Positions 18,938 through 27,426 of a stretch of 64,000 bases of DNA are shown here, piece by piece. Location of the stretch: IMG/VR virus record IMGVR_UViG_3300033121_000366; one strand, 5' to 3'. The notes beneath the pieces are model-generated. The model did no database searches, had not been told where the DNA came from, and saw only the letters and a list, made by a program, of their open reading frames with translations. The DNA comes from an uncultured virus (IMG/VR IMGVR_UViG_3300033121_000366). Lineage: Duplodnaviria > Heunggongvirae > Uroviricota > Caudoviricetes. Numbering within the stretch: the stretch's first letter is position 1; each line of letters opens with the position of its first letter. A program made the position numbers and the translations under genes.

Positions 18938-19912
18938 TCATAATTTATTAAAAAATGGATTTAATTCATCCAACATATATTCTTTAACAAATTTCACTGT
19001 TTTTTGAGAACTTATACCTAATAATTTACTCAATTTTAAACCCCAACCAAAAATTGAAAAATCTATATTACTATTTCTAATTATATTTTTACGCTCTTCT
19101 ATTTTTTCTAATCTTTTTCCAATTGCATTTTCACGTTTTATAATTCTATATTTTTCAAGTTTTTCTATTTTTTCCAATCTTTTATTTAATTTAATTAATT
19201 CCTTTTCTTCTTTATCTTTCTTCTTTTTTTCTTCTAATTCTAGATGATGTTTATCATTATATAAATGATATAATTTATCAATTTTATATGTTTCTTTAAC
19301 ATAATTTATATATGGTAAAATTTCATTTGTAGATAAAACCTTTAATGGAAATTTAAATTGTTTTATCTTTTCTTCATCTTTACCATTCATATATCCTTTT
19401 ATTTCAAGATAAGTACCATCTTCTAATATAAAATCTGGATAATATTTACAAACTTCTCCATTATAAATATATTCAAAACCTTCCTTGTTTCTTTCAAACT
19501 TTATATCATGGTCTAGATTATAAATAACAAATGCTAATTCCCAAGTACTATCACACCAGTAATCTTTATACCAACCAAACTTACCTCTACCTACAGTATC
19601 AGAATTTTTTCTTTTCCTATTAGATTGTTTCATCTTTAAAATAGATTCTGATGTATGTTTTCTATTTAAAAATGAACGAGATGGTATTATTTTACCATTT
19701 TTATATTTTTCTTTAATAATCTTAGAATTTTTTAATAAAATATCATTTGTATCTTTTGTTAAACCTTTATTCCAAACAACTCTATTACCATCTTTATAAC
19801 CTCTATTTGGATCATGATTTACACCTTCACCATGATTTCTCCATATATGGCTTTTAATACCATACTTATTATATTCTTTACCACAAAATTCACATTTTAC
19901 CAGTTCTTCCAT
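18938..19912 (-). CDS. free-standing PD-(D/E)xK putative homing endonuclease with C2H2 finger
   Basis: CEFCGK..H...H, WNKGLTK, DSTWELAF, YYPDF..YLEIKG. Confidence 0.8.
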   Translation of the reverse strand: MEELVKCEFCGKEYNKYGIKSHIWRNHGEGVNHDPNRGYKDGNRVVWNKGLTKDTNDILLKNSKIIKEKYKNGKIIPSRSFLNRKHTSESILKMKQSNRKRKNSDTVGRGKFGWYKDYWCDSTWELAFVIYNLDHDIKFERNKEGFEYIYNGEVCKYYPDFILEDGTYLEIKGYMNGKDEEKIKQFKFPLKVLSTNEILPYINYVKETYKIDKLYHLYNDKHHLELEEKKKKDKEEKELIKLNKRLEKIEKLEKYRIIKRENAIGKRLEKIEERKNIIRNSNIDFSIFGWGLKLSKLLGISSQKTVKFVKEYMLDELNPFFNKL

Positions 19913-19944
19913 ATTTTAATATATTTTTTAGTATATATTAAAAT
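19913..19944 (-). promoter_or_regulatory. AATATATA motif in hairpin abutting endonuclease ATG
   Basis: ATTTTAATATAT/ATATATTAAAAT 12-bp stem. Confidence 0.65.
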
Positions 19945-19988
19945 TCGAACCTTTTATTTTAAAAAAGCGTGAACATTACCATTTTTTG

Positions 19989-20061
19989 TCAGTGTAGCAG
20001 GGCTCGAACCTGCATTCTCATGTTCCCAAAACATGCGGAATCCCAATTATCCTATACACTG
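19989..20061 (-). tRNA. tRNA-Pro(TGG)
   Basis: CAGTGTA/TACACTG; CATGT-TTTGGGA-ACATG. Confidence 0.93.
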
Positions 20062-20246
20062 AATATTTTCATATCACCACCAATATCAACTTCTTTTTGG
20101 AATTCACACATCATTTCCTTTAATGATTGTTTGGCTTTTTCTATTCTTTCTGGAGTCATTTCACCCATTCGAATAGTAAATACCATTTTTTTATCATTAT
20201 CATGCACATTATTATATTCGAAAGATTCTGGTAAAACTAAGCACAT
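20052..20246 (-). CDS. mini-protein resembling a portal (gp20) segment
   Basis: By-eye alignment to this window's own portal (see findings). Confidence 0.55.
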   Translation of the reverse strand: MCLVLPESFEYNNVHDNDKKMVFTIRMGEMTPERIEKAKQSLKEMMCEFQKEVDIGGDMKIFSV

Positions 20247-20247
20247 A

Positions 20248-20469
20248 TCATTTTATAAAATTTTCATCATAATTACTTTTAGAACTACAACCAACCATAA
20301 GACCTTCAGTTATTGCATCTAATAAATTTTTATCATGTATCGTTGCTTCACATGAATATGAACCATCCTTATTTGGTATAAGGTTAGTTATTGTATATTT
20401 ATCTGGTTCTAAACTCAATTCTTTTAAATTTAAATTAGATAAATCTATTTGCATTATATAAGGTATCAT
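20248..20469 (-). CDS. mini-protein weakly resembling a prohead protease (gp21) segment
   Basis: AITEGLMVGCSSKS recalls gp21 L..G...GVSSRG. Confidence 0.45.
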   Translation of the reverse strand: MIPYIMQIDLSNLNLKELSLEPDKYTITNLIPNKDGSYSCEATIHDKNLLDAITEGLMVGCSSKSNYDENFIK

Positions 20470-20497
20470 GATAAGTTTGAATGATAAAATAAAATTG

Positions 20498-20569
20498 CTC
20501 CGGTTGATGGATTCAAACCACCGACCAACCCGTTAACAGCGGGGCGCTCTATCACTGAGCTAAACCGGA
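20498..20569 (-). tRNA. tRNA-Asn(GTT)
   Basis: TCCGGTT/AACCGGA; loop CTGTTAA. Confidence 0.93.
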
Positions 20570-20574
20570 ATTTG

Positions 20575-20644
20575 TAGCGACATATAGAATCAAACCATAT
20601 CCTATCACAGCCAAGTGATTGTGCTATCATTACACCATATCGCA
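20575..20644 (-). pseudogene. degenerate tRNA (Gln-like), 6-nt anticodon loop
   Basis: TGGTGTAATGATAGCAC D arm; ATCAC-TTGGCT-GTGAT; weak T arm GGTTTGATTC. Confidence 0.65.
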
Positions 20645-20646
20645 AA

Positions 20647-20714
20647 CTCATATTCGTCAATATGAGGATTTTTTAATATCATGTTCTCTATCCGCGGTAG
20701 TACATGATATTAAA
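20647..20714. other. two tandem hairpins in tRNA spacer
   Basis: CTCATATT/AATATGAG and TTTAATATCATGT/ACATGATATTAAA. Confidence 0.6.
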
Positions 20715-20718
20715 GAAG

Positions 20719-20789
20719 TTGCGGGATCCAGAGTTGAACTGGAAGCTAAGGGGTATGAGCCCATTGTGTTACCATTACACCATCCCGCA
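20719..20789 (-). tRNA. tRNA-Met(CAT), initiator-like
   Basis: TGCGGGA/TCCCGCA; GGG-CTCATAC-CCC three G-C pairs. Confidence 0.88.
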
Positions 20790-20802
20790 ATATAAACTTA
20801 TG

Positions 20803-20876
20803 TGGACCATGAGGGAATCGAACCCGTAACATCTCTGCATTGCAAATGCAGCGTTTTCCCATTAAACTAAAGGCCC
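20803..20876 (-). tRNA. tRNA-Ala(TGC)
   Basis: G3:U70 pair; CTGCA-TTTGCAA-TGCAG. Confidence 0.92.
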
Positions 20877-20886
20877 ATATTTTTAG

Positions 20887-20958
20887 TACAGCATCCGGGG
20901 TTCGAACCCGAACTACATCCGTGAAAGGGATGTGACCTAACCATTAGTCTAATGCTGC
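20887..20958 (-). tRNA. tRNA-Glu(TTC)
   Basis: GCAGCAT/ATGCTGT; CATCC-CTTTCAC-GGATG. Confidence 0.94.
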
Positions 20959-20967
20959 ATTTTTTTG

Positions 20968-21094
20968 ACCGGATGTCAGGATTCGAACCTGAATATAGGG
21001 AATAATAATTTATCATTTACGTACATGATATATCATTATCACATTATATGAAGAATGGCCAATTCAACTTTGACAACCTGTCAAATTCATCCTT
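20968..21094 (-). ncRNA. enlarged tRNA-like RNA 1 (~125 nt)
   Basis: GGATG/CATCC closing stem, TTTGAC/GTCAAA D-like arm, perfect TCAGG-TTCGAAT-CCTGA T arm, no canonical anticodon arm, long insert. Confidence 0.7.
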
Positions 21095-21104
21095 ATACAT
21101 TTTG

Positions 21105-21243
21105 TGCCAGCGTCGGGATTCGAACCACGATTGTACATCTCTTCCTAATTTATAAATATATCATCCGCGCGAATGGGTTATATCTATAAATTATAGTATC
21201 GCAAGGCTTACGGCCCGCTTTAACTCCATGTTAATTCACTAGC
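21105..21243 (-). ncRNA. enlarged tRNA-like RNA 2 (~139 nt)
   Basis: GCTAGTG/CGCTGGC-A acceptor, TTAAC/GTTAA arm, 15-bp AU-rich extra stem, GGTTCGAATCC T loop. Confidence 0.75.
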
Positions 21244-21252
21244 ATATTTTTG

Positions 21253-21333
21253 TGCCGCCCACAGGAATCGAACCTACCATGTACAAGTACTGAAAATTTA
21301 CAGTTTTCTTTAGCACCTTGCTGATCTACTGGC
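21253..21333 (-). tRNA. tRNA-Tyr(GTA), irregular acceptor stem
   Basis: GAAAA-CTGTAAA-TTTTC, V-arm GTAC/GTAC, GGTTCGATTCC. Confidence 0.75.
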
Positions 21334-21347
21334 ATATTTAAAATTTG

Positions 21348-21420
21348 AGCGATATCCGAGATTCGAACTCGGATTTGCGACTTGGAAGGACGCCACTTTT
21401 GCCATTTAAGTTAATATCGC
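21348..21420 (-). tRNA. tRNA-Gly(TCC)
   Basis: GCGATAT/ATATCGC-T; loop CTTCCAA. Confidence 0.94.
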
Positions 21421-21425
21421 ATTTG

Positions 21426-21497
21426 CAAGTAACCAGTGAATCGAACACTGATGGTCGGTTTTGGAGACCGAAATCTTAGCCTTTAGATGAGTTACTT
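21426..21497 (-). tRNA. tRNA-Trp(CCA)
   Basis: AAGTAAC/GTTACTT; TCGGT-CTCCAAA-ACCGA. Confidence 0.93.
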
Positions 21498-21508
21498 GTA
21501 TATTTTTT

Positions 21509-21694
21509 TTACCAATCAGCCAATATTAATTCATATTCATAAAATTCACATTCTTGGAGACCATGGTTATTTAACCATCTACAAACATAAGTAATTTCAG
21601 AACTATATGGTGTTTTAACTTCATTTACTAATAATCTAATCCCGTGATTTGTTACATGATTTACTATATCATGTTTTTTGAATTTAGTTTCCAT
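21509..21694 (-). CDS. small hypothetical protein (YodC/DUF2158-like)
   Basis: KFK..DIV...V.......CRW......F...EL pattern. Confidence 0.55.
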   Translation of the reverse strand: METKFKKHDIVNHVTNHGIRLLVNEVKTPYSSEITYVCRWLNNHGLQECEFYEYELILADW

Positions 21695-21698
21695 ATTA

Positions 21699-21983
21699 TT
21701 ATAATATTTTATTCATACCATCTATAAAATCACTAGCACTTTCACCTATAGCTTTTCTTTTCTTAAAGAGAAGAAATAATGACATTATTAAGGATGATAT
21801 TAAATTCATTATTAATATATCATCAAAATTAATATTTACACTATTATGAAATAGTGAATAGAAAAAATTTACTAGTATTAGAGTAAGAAATATCCATATC
21901 GCATCTATAATAAATATTATAAATATTGCAAAATATAATAACATTGTAGTTACAATGTGTGGTTTATTTTCATAATTCATCAT
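21699..21983 (-). CDS. membrane protein
   Basis: Two long hydrophobic segments. Confidence 0.6.
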   Translation of the reverse strand: MMNYENKPHIVTTMLLYFAIFIIFIIDAIWIFLTLILVNFFYSLFHNSVNINFDDILIMNLISSLIMSLFLLFKKRKAIGESASDFIDGMNKIL

Positions 21984-22441
21984 TTGTTATCCATCATAAT
22001 TGCAGTATTTTTAAAAATATTTTCTATCATATCAGGATATCCAAACCTTTGTTTATTTATCTTAATAGATTTTAAAATATTACCATCATTATGTCTTTCT
22101 GAGGAAGCCTTCCAATCTATAAACATCTCTATCAGGTCGAACAAATTATAATCATTCATGCCATTTTCATAATGTTCTGGATGGTGACTATTGTTTGCAT
22201 AATGGTGTATGAGTGCTGGCTTTAATTGTTCTTTAAAATCATTATACTCTTTACTACCATATGTACAATTAGCTAAACCTTGTGTATATTTATCGAATAA
22301 TTCTTTTTCTGGACTTTCTAATTTAGAATTATCATGTACTTTTCCTCTTCTTAATAATTCTGAAGCCGCTTCTATCAGAAGTTCATTAACTCTTTTTATA
22401 TGAAGTAAAGTATCAGCTTTACTATCGTAATCTAGTTCCAT
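21980..22441 (-). CDS. DUF5662-like HD-fold protein
   Basis: HIKRV, HDNSK, HHYANNSHHPEH, EMFIDW. Confidence 0.8.
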   Translation of the reverse strand: MELDYDSKADTLLHIKRVNELLIEAASELLRRGKVHDNSKLESPEKELFDKYTQGLANCTYGSKEYNDFKEQLKPALIHHYANNSHHPEHYENGMNDYNLFDLIEMFIDWKASSERHNDGNILKSIKINKQRFGYPDMIENIFKNTAIMMDNK

Positions 22442-22734
22442 ATATCCTCATCATATTCTTTATGTATAATTACAATTTTGGATTTAAAATACCTATATTC
22501 TCCATTTTTATAAAATTCTACCCATAAATCATCATCTTCTTCACCTTTACCTTCTAATCTAAATATTTTATCTTTATGATTTAAAGATATTTTTATCATG
22601 TCATGACGACGTTCGTACCATTTACATTTTTCATTTAGGTAGTATTGTAAATCTTCATTATTGTCTAATATTTCATCTAATAAGTAATTATTATCATTCA
22701 ATATTGATAAATCAAATTTTGTATAGTATCCCAT
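22432..22734 (-). CDS. conserved phage protein
   Basis: MGYYTKF..KWYE..S..F.L.GKGEE..D.W..Y..G. Confidence 0.7.
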   Translation of the reverse strand: MGYYTKFDLSILNDNNYLLDEILDNNEDLQYYLNEKCKWYERRHDMIKISLNHKDKIFRLEGKGEEDDDLWVEFYKNGEYRYFKSKIVIIHKEYDEDIWN

Positions 22735-22764
22735 ATTTTATTCTTATTGTGTTTAAATATAAAA

Positions 22765-22793
22765 ATTATACGTTTCAATCTTATTTTTGTTTA
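22765..22793 (-). promoter_or_regulatory. early/middle-type promoter TAAACA-N17-TATAAT heading the tRNA transcription unit
   Basis: Near-identical to 12968-12996. Confidence 0.7.
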
Positions 22794-22836
22794 AAAATTA
22801 TTTACAAAAATAATAAAAATATTTTAATGATACAAA

Positions 22837-22870
22837 TAAAAAAGGGATTTAAAAATAATTTAAATCCCTT
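22837..22870 (-). terminator. rho-independent terminator
   Basis: AAGGGATTTA/TAAATCCCTT stem followed by T-run on minus strand. Confidence 0.8.
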
Positions 22871-22895
22871 AGTTAAAGTTGATTTTAATTATTTT

Positions 22896-23405
22896 CTACT
22901 GCTTAAATATATTTCTCGCTAGAGTTATTTCTGATTGAGGTATATTAACTAATTCTTGTTCTGTTTCATATTGATATAGACGATATATAGGTTCACCGGC
23001 ACTTACGCCTGCATGTTGTCTAACTTGAAATCGCATATTATTATATTTTTTGGGTACATTTACCCAAGATTTTACTGGGAATATAAAATCTACATTTGAA
23101 TAGTTGTCTGTTGGTTCTGGTTTTGCTTGAAGTTCAAAAACTAAATCTACGTTATGTTTTTCTAATTTAGTAATATGTGCTTGTAGTTCTTCTACTTGGT
23201 TACCCCAATTAGTTTTTAGTTCTTCTATATTATTTTCCAATTGTTCAATTGTATTTAAAAGTGTAGTATTTTGATCCGTTAAATCTTTAACTTGTTCTTG
23301 TAAATTTAAAACTACTGTATCATCCACGGCAACAACCGTATCATCTGTTTGTGATACTTGTTCTGTAGTTTCCACTTGTTCAGTTATTTCGGATTTCTTA
23401 GCCAT
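22896..23405 (-). CDS. coiled-coil hypothetical protein
   Basis: Heptad-rich ORF with AATATATA motif upstream (~23447-23454). Confidence 0.7.
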   Translation of the reverse strand: MAKKSEITEQVETTEQVSQTDDTVVAVDDTVVLNLQEQVKDLTDQNTTLLNTIEQLENNIEELKTNWGNQVEELQAHITKLEKHNVDLVFELQAKPEPTDNYSNVDFIFPVKSWVNVPKKYNNMRFQVRQHAGVSAGEPIYRLYQYETEQELVNIPQSEITLARNIFKQ

Positions 23406-23473
23406 TTTTTGCCTTTAAAATAAGTTGTTGTTTGTAATTATAAATGTATATATTAAAATTTTAAAAAAGTTTT

Positions 23474-23968
23474 TTAATATAAAATAGAGGATGTGCAACC
23501 ATATCGTTTTAAGATTCTTTCATCTAACATTGTTATTCTTTGGTAATAATCTTTTGGTAAAATTTCTTCTGCTCTATCATCTATCTTATATTGAGCATCT
23601 TTAACCATGTGATCAGAATACATATCAGCCATAACATTTTTAAATTGATCTGCGTGTTCATTACCTGTATTAACTAACCTTGATTTATAATGTAAATCTT
23701 TATATGTTTCCAAATCTCTTCTATATTTTCTAGTTTTTGGATCACTATCCAATATCTTTCTAATTTCTTTAAATTCTTCTAAAGAAAATTCATCATTAAT
23801 CATTTTTTCTATAGCTTCTTTACGTTTTGCACCAGCATATGCTGCCCAACCTATAAGAGCACCAACCCCAATTATAGCAGCTGATGCAATTAAAATAGTT
23901 TTAATATCCTCATTTACTGGTTTAAATAAGTTTTTAAGATTTGAATATTCATTTTGTTTTAATATCAT
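23474..23968 (-). CDS. putative virion/internal protein with TM segment
   Basis: N-terminal ..KPVNE then hydrophobic helix. Confidence 0.6.
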   Translation of the reverse strand: MILKQNEYSNLKNLFKPVNEDIKTILIASAAIIGVGALIGWAAYAGAKRKEAIEKMINDEFSLEEFKEIRKILDSDPKTRKYRRDLETYKDLHYKSRLVNTGNEHADQFKNVMADMYSDHMVKDAQYKIDDRAEEILPKDYYQRITMLDERILKRYGCTSSILY

Positions 23969-24531
23969 TGTATATCAAATTGTTTTTTATAATTAGGACC
24001 AAATATAATCTTTAAAACATCATGTTCCAAATAATTGTATTTTTCTCCAACGGTTTCACTTATTTCTTTATTTATTGTTTCATATTGTTTAATATATTTT
24101 GGTGATATAACTCTAATAGTTTCTGTTTTTAAATTACCTTTAATTTTTTGTAATTTTACATCATTATTTACAGAATTTATAAAATTAATTATAGTATCTT
24201 TAGTGACAATACCCCTTTGCATTATATCAAGAGTTGATCCATATTTATTATTAAAATAATCCATATATTCTTTATGATATTTTGTCAATTTTTCATCATT
24301 ATCTAATATATTTATTAAATCTTTTTGTTCTTCTTCTGATAAATGCTTATTTATTATATCCTTTATCTTTTGGTCTATTGATGGTGCATTTATTATTTTA
24401 ATTATTTTGTACAATCCATAAGATATTGCACCAATAGTACCCAAAAATAAACTAGCTAATATAGCAATACCTGTACGGTGTTTTTCTGTCATTTCATTTA
24501 AAAATTCATCATATTCTTTTACGTATATCAT
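23965..24531 (-). CDS. putative virion/internal protein with TM segment (start MIYVKEYDEFLNE)
   Basis: Shared N-terminal motif; hydrophobic helix. Confidence 0.65.
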   Translation of the reverse strand: MIYVKEYDEFLNEMTEKHRTGIAILASLFLGTIGAISYGLYKIIKIINAPSIDQKIKDIINKHLSEEEQKDLINILDNDEKLTKYHKEYMDYFNNKYGSTLDIMQRGIVTKDTIINFINSVNNDVKLQKIKGNLKTETIRVISPKYIKQYETINKEISETVGEKYNYLEHDVLKIIFGPNYKKQFDIQ

Positions 24532-24547
24532 TGTATACCAATTTTTT

Positions 24548-26170
24548 TTATTGAAAATCAAAAGCATCTATCGATTTTTTAGCATTTTTTGTATCATCAC
24601 CAGTTGCTTTTTTACCTTCTTTATATATTTTATTTTCTTCTAATTCATCAGGTGTCATACTCAAATATTTTTGTATAAGCCATTCTGTAGAGAAATATGC
24701 TTCTGTACCATCATCTACCATTATATCTTTTAATGATTGTACAATTTCTAATTCTTTTTGTAATACTTCTTTTTCTCGCATACGTTCAAAGATATTATCT
24801 TTAACGTAACGTATACCTAAATTAGCTTTAAATAATTCATCATCTATTATTTCTGGATAATCAAGTGTCATTTGTATCCATAGAGGTTTTTGTATTATTT
24901 CTTGAAAAATACTTCTTAATCTGTTTATAAATCTTTGAAAGCGTACTTCTTCTCTATCAAGACCTTCTGCACTAATATAGACTTGACCACCACCAGAATC
25001 ATTATTAAATCTAGATGTTGGTATTTTACTATCACTTTTTAATTTATCGGCATAATACTTCATAGTATCAGGATTTGATAAATCTGGACCATCTCCTGAT
25101 AATGTTTCAATATCTGGACTTTCCCCATTTTTACTAGGGAACATATAATTTTTATAAAATTGTCCAACGGATGCTCTACCATTAACTATTAATTCGCCTG
25201 AATCATAATCTAAATTAATTTCTTCCTTATAAACAGACATTAATTCAGCTAATGATTCTTTAGCTTTTTGTGGTGATTTATTACCAATAGGAACAACCAT
25301 TTTTAGACGAAAAGTACTGTTCATAATTTTCCATATAACAGCTGTATTTTCCATTATACGTAAAAGATTAAATGATCTTACTAATCTTTCAGTATATGAT
25401 ATTCTATTTTTATATGCACTTTTTGCATAAGAAATGTATATCACTTGAGAATCATATAATTTTCTTTTTAACTGTGGGCTATCTTCATATTGGTACCAAA
25501 CCTTCTTTATACCATCTGCGGTTTGCTCTACATCCGGTCTTAATGATGTAGGATCTAATTCTTTAAACCCTATTATCTTAGTAGCCTTTTCATTATAAAT
25601 AATTTCAAATGCTAAAAAACCATCTATCAAGAATTGTTTAAAATATTGCCATGCTGATATATCATCATTAAAATGAAAATGTACGTATATTTTTTTAAAA
25701 TTATCATTTATAGACTTTATAATTTCCTTTCTTTTGTCTTCCTTTATATAACTAACTAAATTAGTAGTATCAGGACCACAAAAGAAATTTTTCATATCAT
25801 ATACTATAGATTCATCAGCTAAAGTATCAAGGATAAATTCTATTTCAGAATTAAGTGCAAATTTTCTTAAAAACTCTCTTCTATTTTTATATTCTTTATC
25901 AAAGAAGCTGATATATTTTTTATTGCCTATATCAGCCATTCTTAATGAATACAGTAAGTTTGGTGCCATTGGACCATCAACTGCGAATGCTGCTTCTGTT
26001 GCTCCAACAGATTTTGATTGTTTTACTACTAAATCATCATATCTCATACCAAGTGTAGCAATTTTTTTCAATGTAGAACTTACCATTGCACCAAATGTAG
26101 TATCAGTTCTCTGTATAAAGCCACCTTCATTTAATGGTTCCAAATCATATTCAAATGGATTTTGTTTCAT
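24548..26170 (-). CDS. gp20: portal vertex protein (T4 gp20-like)
   Basis: FLIDG..FEII, LRIME..VIW, LDREEVRFQRFINRLR..F, STEWLIQKYL. Confidence 0.9.
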   Translation of the reverse strand: MKQNPFEYDLEPLNEGGFIQRTDTTFGAMVSSTLKKIATLGMRYDDLVVKQSKSVGATEAAFAVDGPMAPNLLYSLRMADIGNKKYISFFDKEYKNRREFLRKFALNSEIEFILDTLADESIVYDMKNFFCGPDTTNLVSYIKEDKRKEIIKSINDNFKKIYVHFHFNDDISAWQYFKQFLIDGFLAFEIIYNEKATKIIGFKELDPTSLRPDVEQTADGIKKVWYQYEDSPQLKRKLYDSQVIYISYAKSAYKNRISYTERLVRSFNLLRIMENTAVIWKIMNSTFRLKMVVPIGNKSPQKAKESLAELMSVYKEEINLDYDSGELIVNGRASVGQFYKNYMFPSKNGESPDIETLSGDGPDLSNPDTMKYYADKLKSDSKIPTSRFNNDSGGGQVYISAEGLDREEVRFQRFINRLRSIFQEIIQKPLWIQMTLDYPEIIDDELFKANLGIRYVKDNIFERMREKEVLQKELEIVQSLKDIMVDDGTEAYFSTEWLIQKYLSMTPDELEENKIYKEGKKATGDDTKNAKKSIDAFDFQ

Positions 26171-26172
26171 AT

Positions 26173-26697
26173 TTAATTATATTTTGTTAAATCATTAGAA
26201 AAACGTTTAATACCTTTTGAATCTATTATAAAAAAATCCATTCCGTTTTCCAAACAATATTTTTTTGCGCTAGAATATTTATTTATAATATTTTGTTCTT
26301 CATCGACTAAATTCATATAAACTCCAGCTTCTTCATCAGACATTGCATATAATTCATCCTCTGTTATTAAAGGTATAACTATAGGATCAAATTCTTCAAT
26401 ATCAAAAACATTAATTTTTAATTTATCACCATCTCTAAAAATTACATGATAATGTGGTATATATTCATCCATAAAACCATCCACTTTTTGATATTTTATT
26501 CTAAATGGTTTATATTCCCAATAAATAACTTTTTTATCCGACTCTATGGCTTTTAAAAATTTATATTCAAAATCTTTTGTTATTGGTATTTTATCTAAAT
26601 CATTACCAAATTTATTTCTATCTTTTATATGATAGAATTGTTTATCAATAGTATTAGTATACACAAACTTATCATCTATAACTTTAAAATATTGCAT
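26173..26697 (-). CDS. divergent gp4/TnsA-like nuclease paralog
   Basis: FEYKF..D..VIYW..P..IKY..YIPHY...AKKYC..GMDFFII. Confidence 0.6.
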   Translation of the reverse strand: MQYFKVIDDKFVYTNTIDKQFYHIKDRNKFGNDLDKIPITKDFEYKFLKAIESDKKVIYWEYKPFRIKYQKVDGFMDEYIPHYHVIFRDGDKLKINVFDIEEFDPIVIPLITEDELYAMSDEEAGVYMNLVDEEQNIINKYSSAKKYCLENGMDFFIIDSKGIKRFSNDLTKYN

Positions 26698-26728
26698 ATC
26701 AGTTTAATAAATATTAAATAAATAGAAT

Positions 26729-27412
26729 CTACGTTTTTCTTTTCTTTTGTTTAGTTTTTTTATGTTTGTTATCATAATATTCTTTATATATCTGACCAAT
26801 TGGTGCACCTACAATATCTCTACTTTCTAAAAATAATATTTGTCCCCAATCTTGATAATCTATAGATTTTATATTTTGCATTCTTGAAAATATATAATTT
26901 CTACATGCGAACCTATAATTGGTATTACCAACACTATCCCATAAATAATCCAAAACTTTCATAAAATCATGAGTATCATTAAAAAGAGGTTTTTGGTTTA
27001 AAATATTACCACTTTCTATATTACGCATATTTCTATCAATCAAAGAGCGGTAGGTTTGATATAATCTATCAAGAACTATTTTTTTTGCTTGTGCTGGTAA
27101 AAAATTTAAATTTATACCAAATTCAATTGGATTACTTGTACTTTCTGCTTTATAATGTCTTATACTTATTATTATTGGTCTAGTATCATACCAATTTAAT
27201 TTATCTGCACCTATTGGCGAATATTGATATGTATAAATTTTACCAGGTATTAAATGTCTAAATGCTAATAATTGCTGGACTGTAGATTCTTGTACAATTG
27301 GTGTGAAATATTTATTAGTGAAATTATTATAATAGTAAACTTTAGCAGCTTGTACACCACCATGCTCTCTTGAACCATCTTTATAAAATTTTACAGGATC
27401 TATTAATGCCAT
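26729..27412 (-). CDS. gp2: DNA end protector (T4 gp2-like)
   Basis: PGKIYTYQY.P...L.WYD..P, GINLNFLP. Confidence 0.75.
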   Translation of the reverse strand: MALIDPVKFYKDGSREHGGVQAAKVYYYNNFTNKYFTPIVQESTVQQLLAFRHLIPGKIYTYQYSPIGADKLNWYDTRPIIISIRHYKAESTSNPIEFGINLNFLPAQAKKIVLDRLYQTYRSLIDRNMRNIESGNILNQKPLFNDTHDFMKVLDYLWDSVGNTNYRFACRNYIFSRMQNIKSIDYQDWGQILFLESRDIVGAPIGQIYKEYYDNKHKKTKQKKRKT

Positions 27413-27426
27413 ATCATTTGAATATT

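Noticed and set aside
20466..20660. 64-aa minus-strand ORF
   Set aside because: Overlaps tRNA-Asn and the degenerate tRNA; spurious
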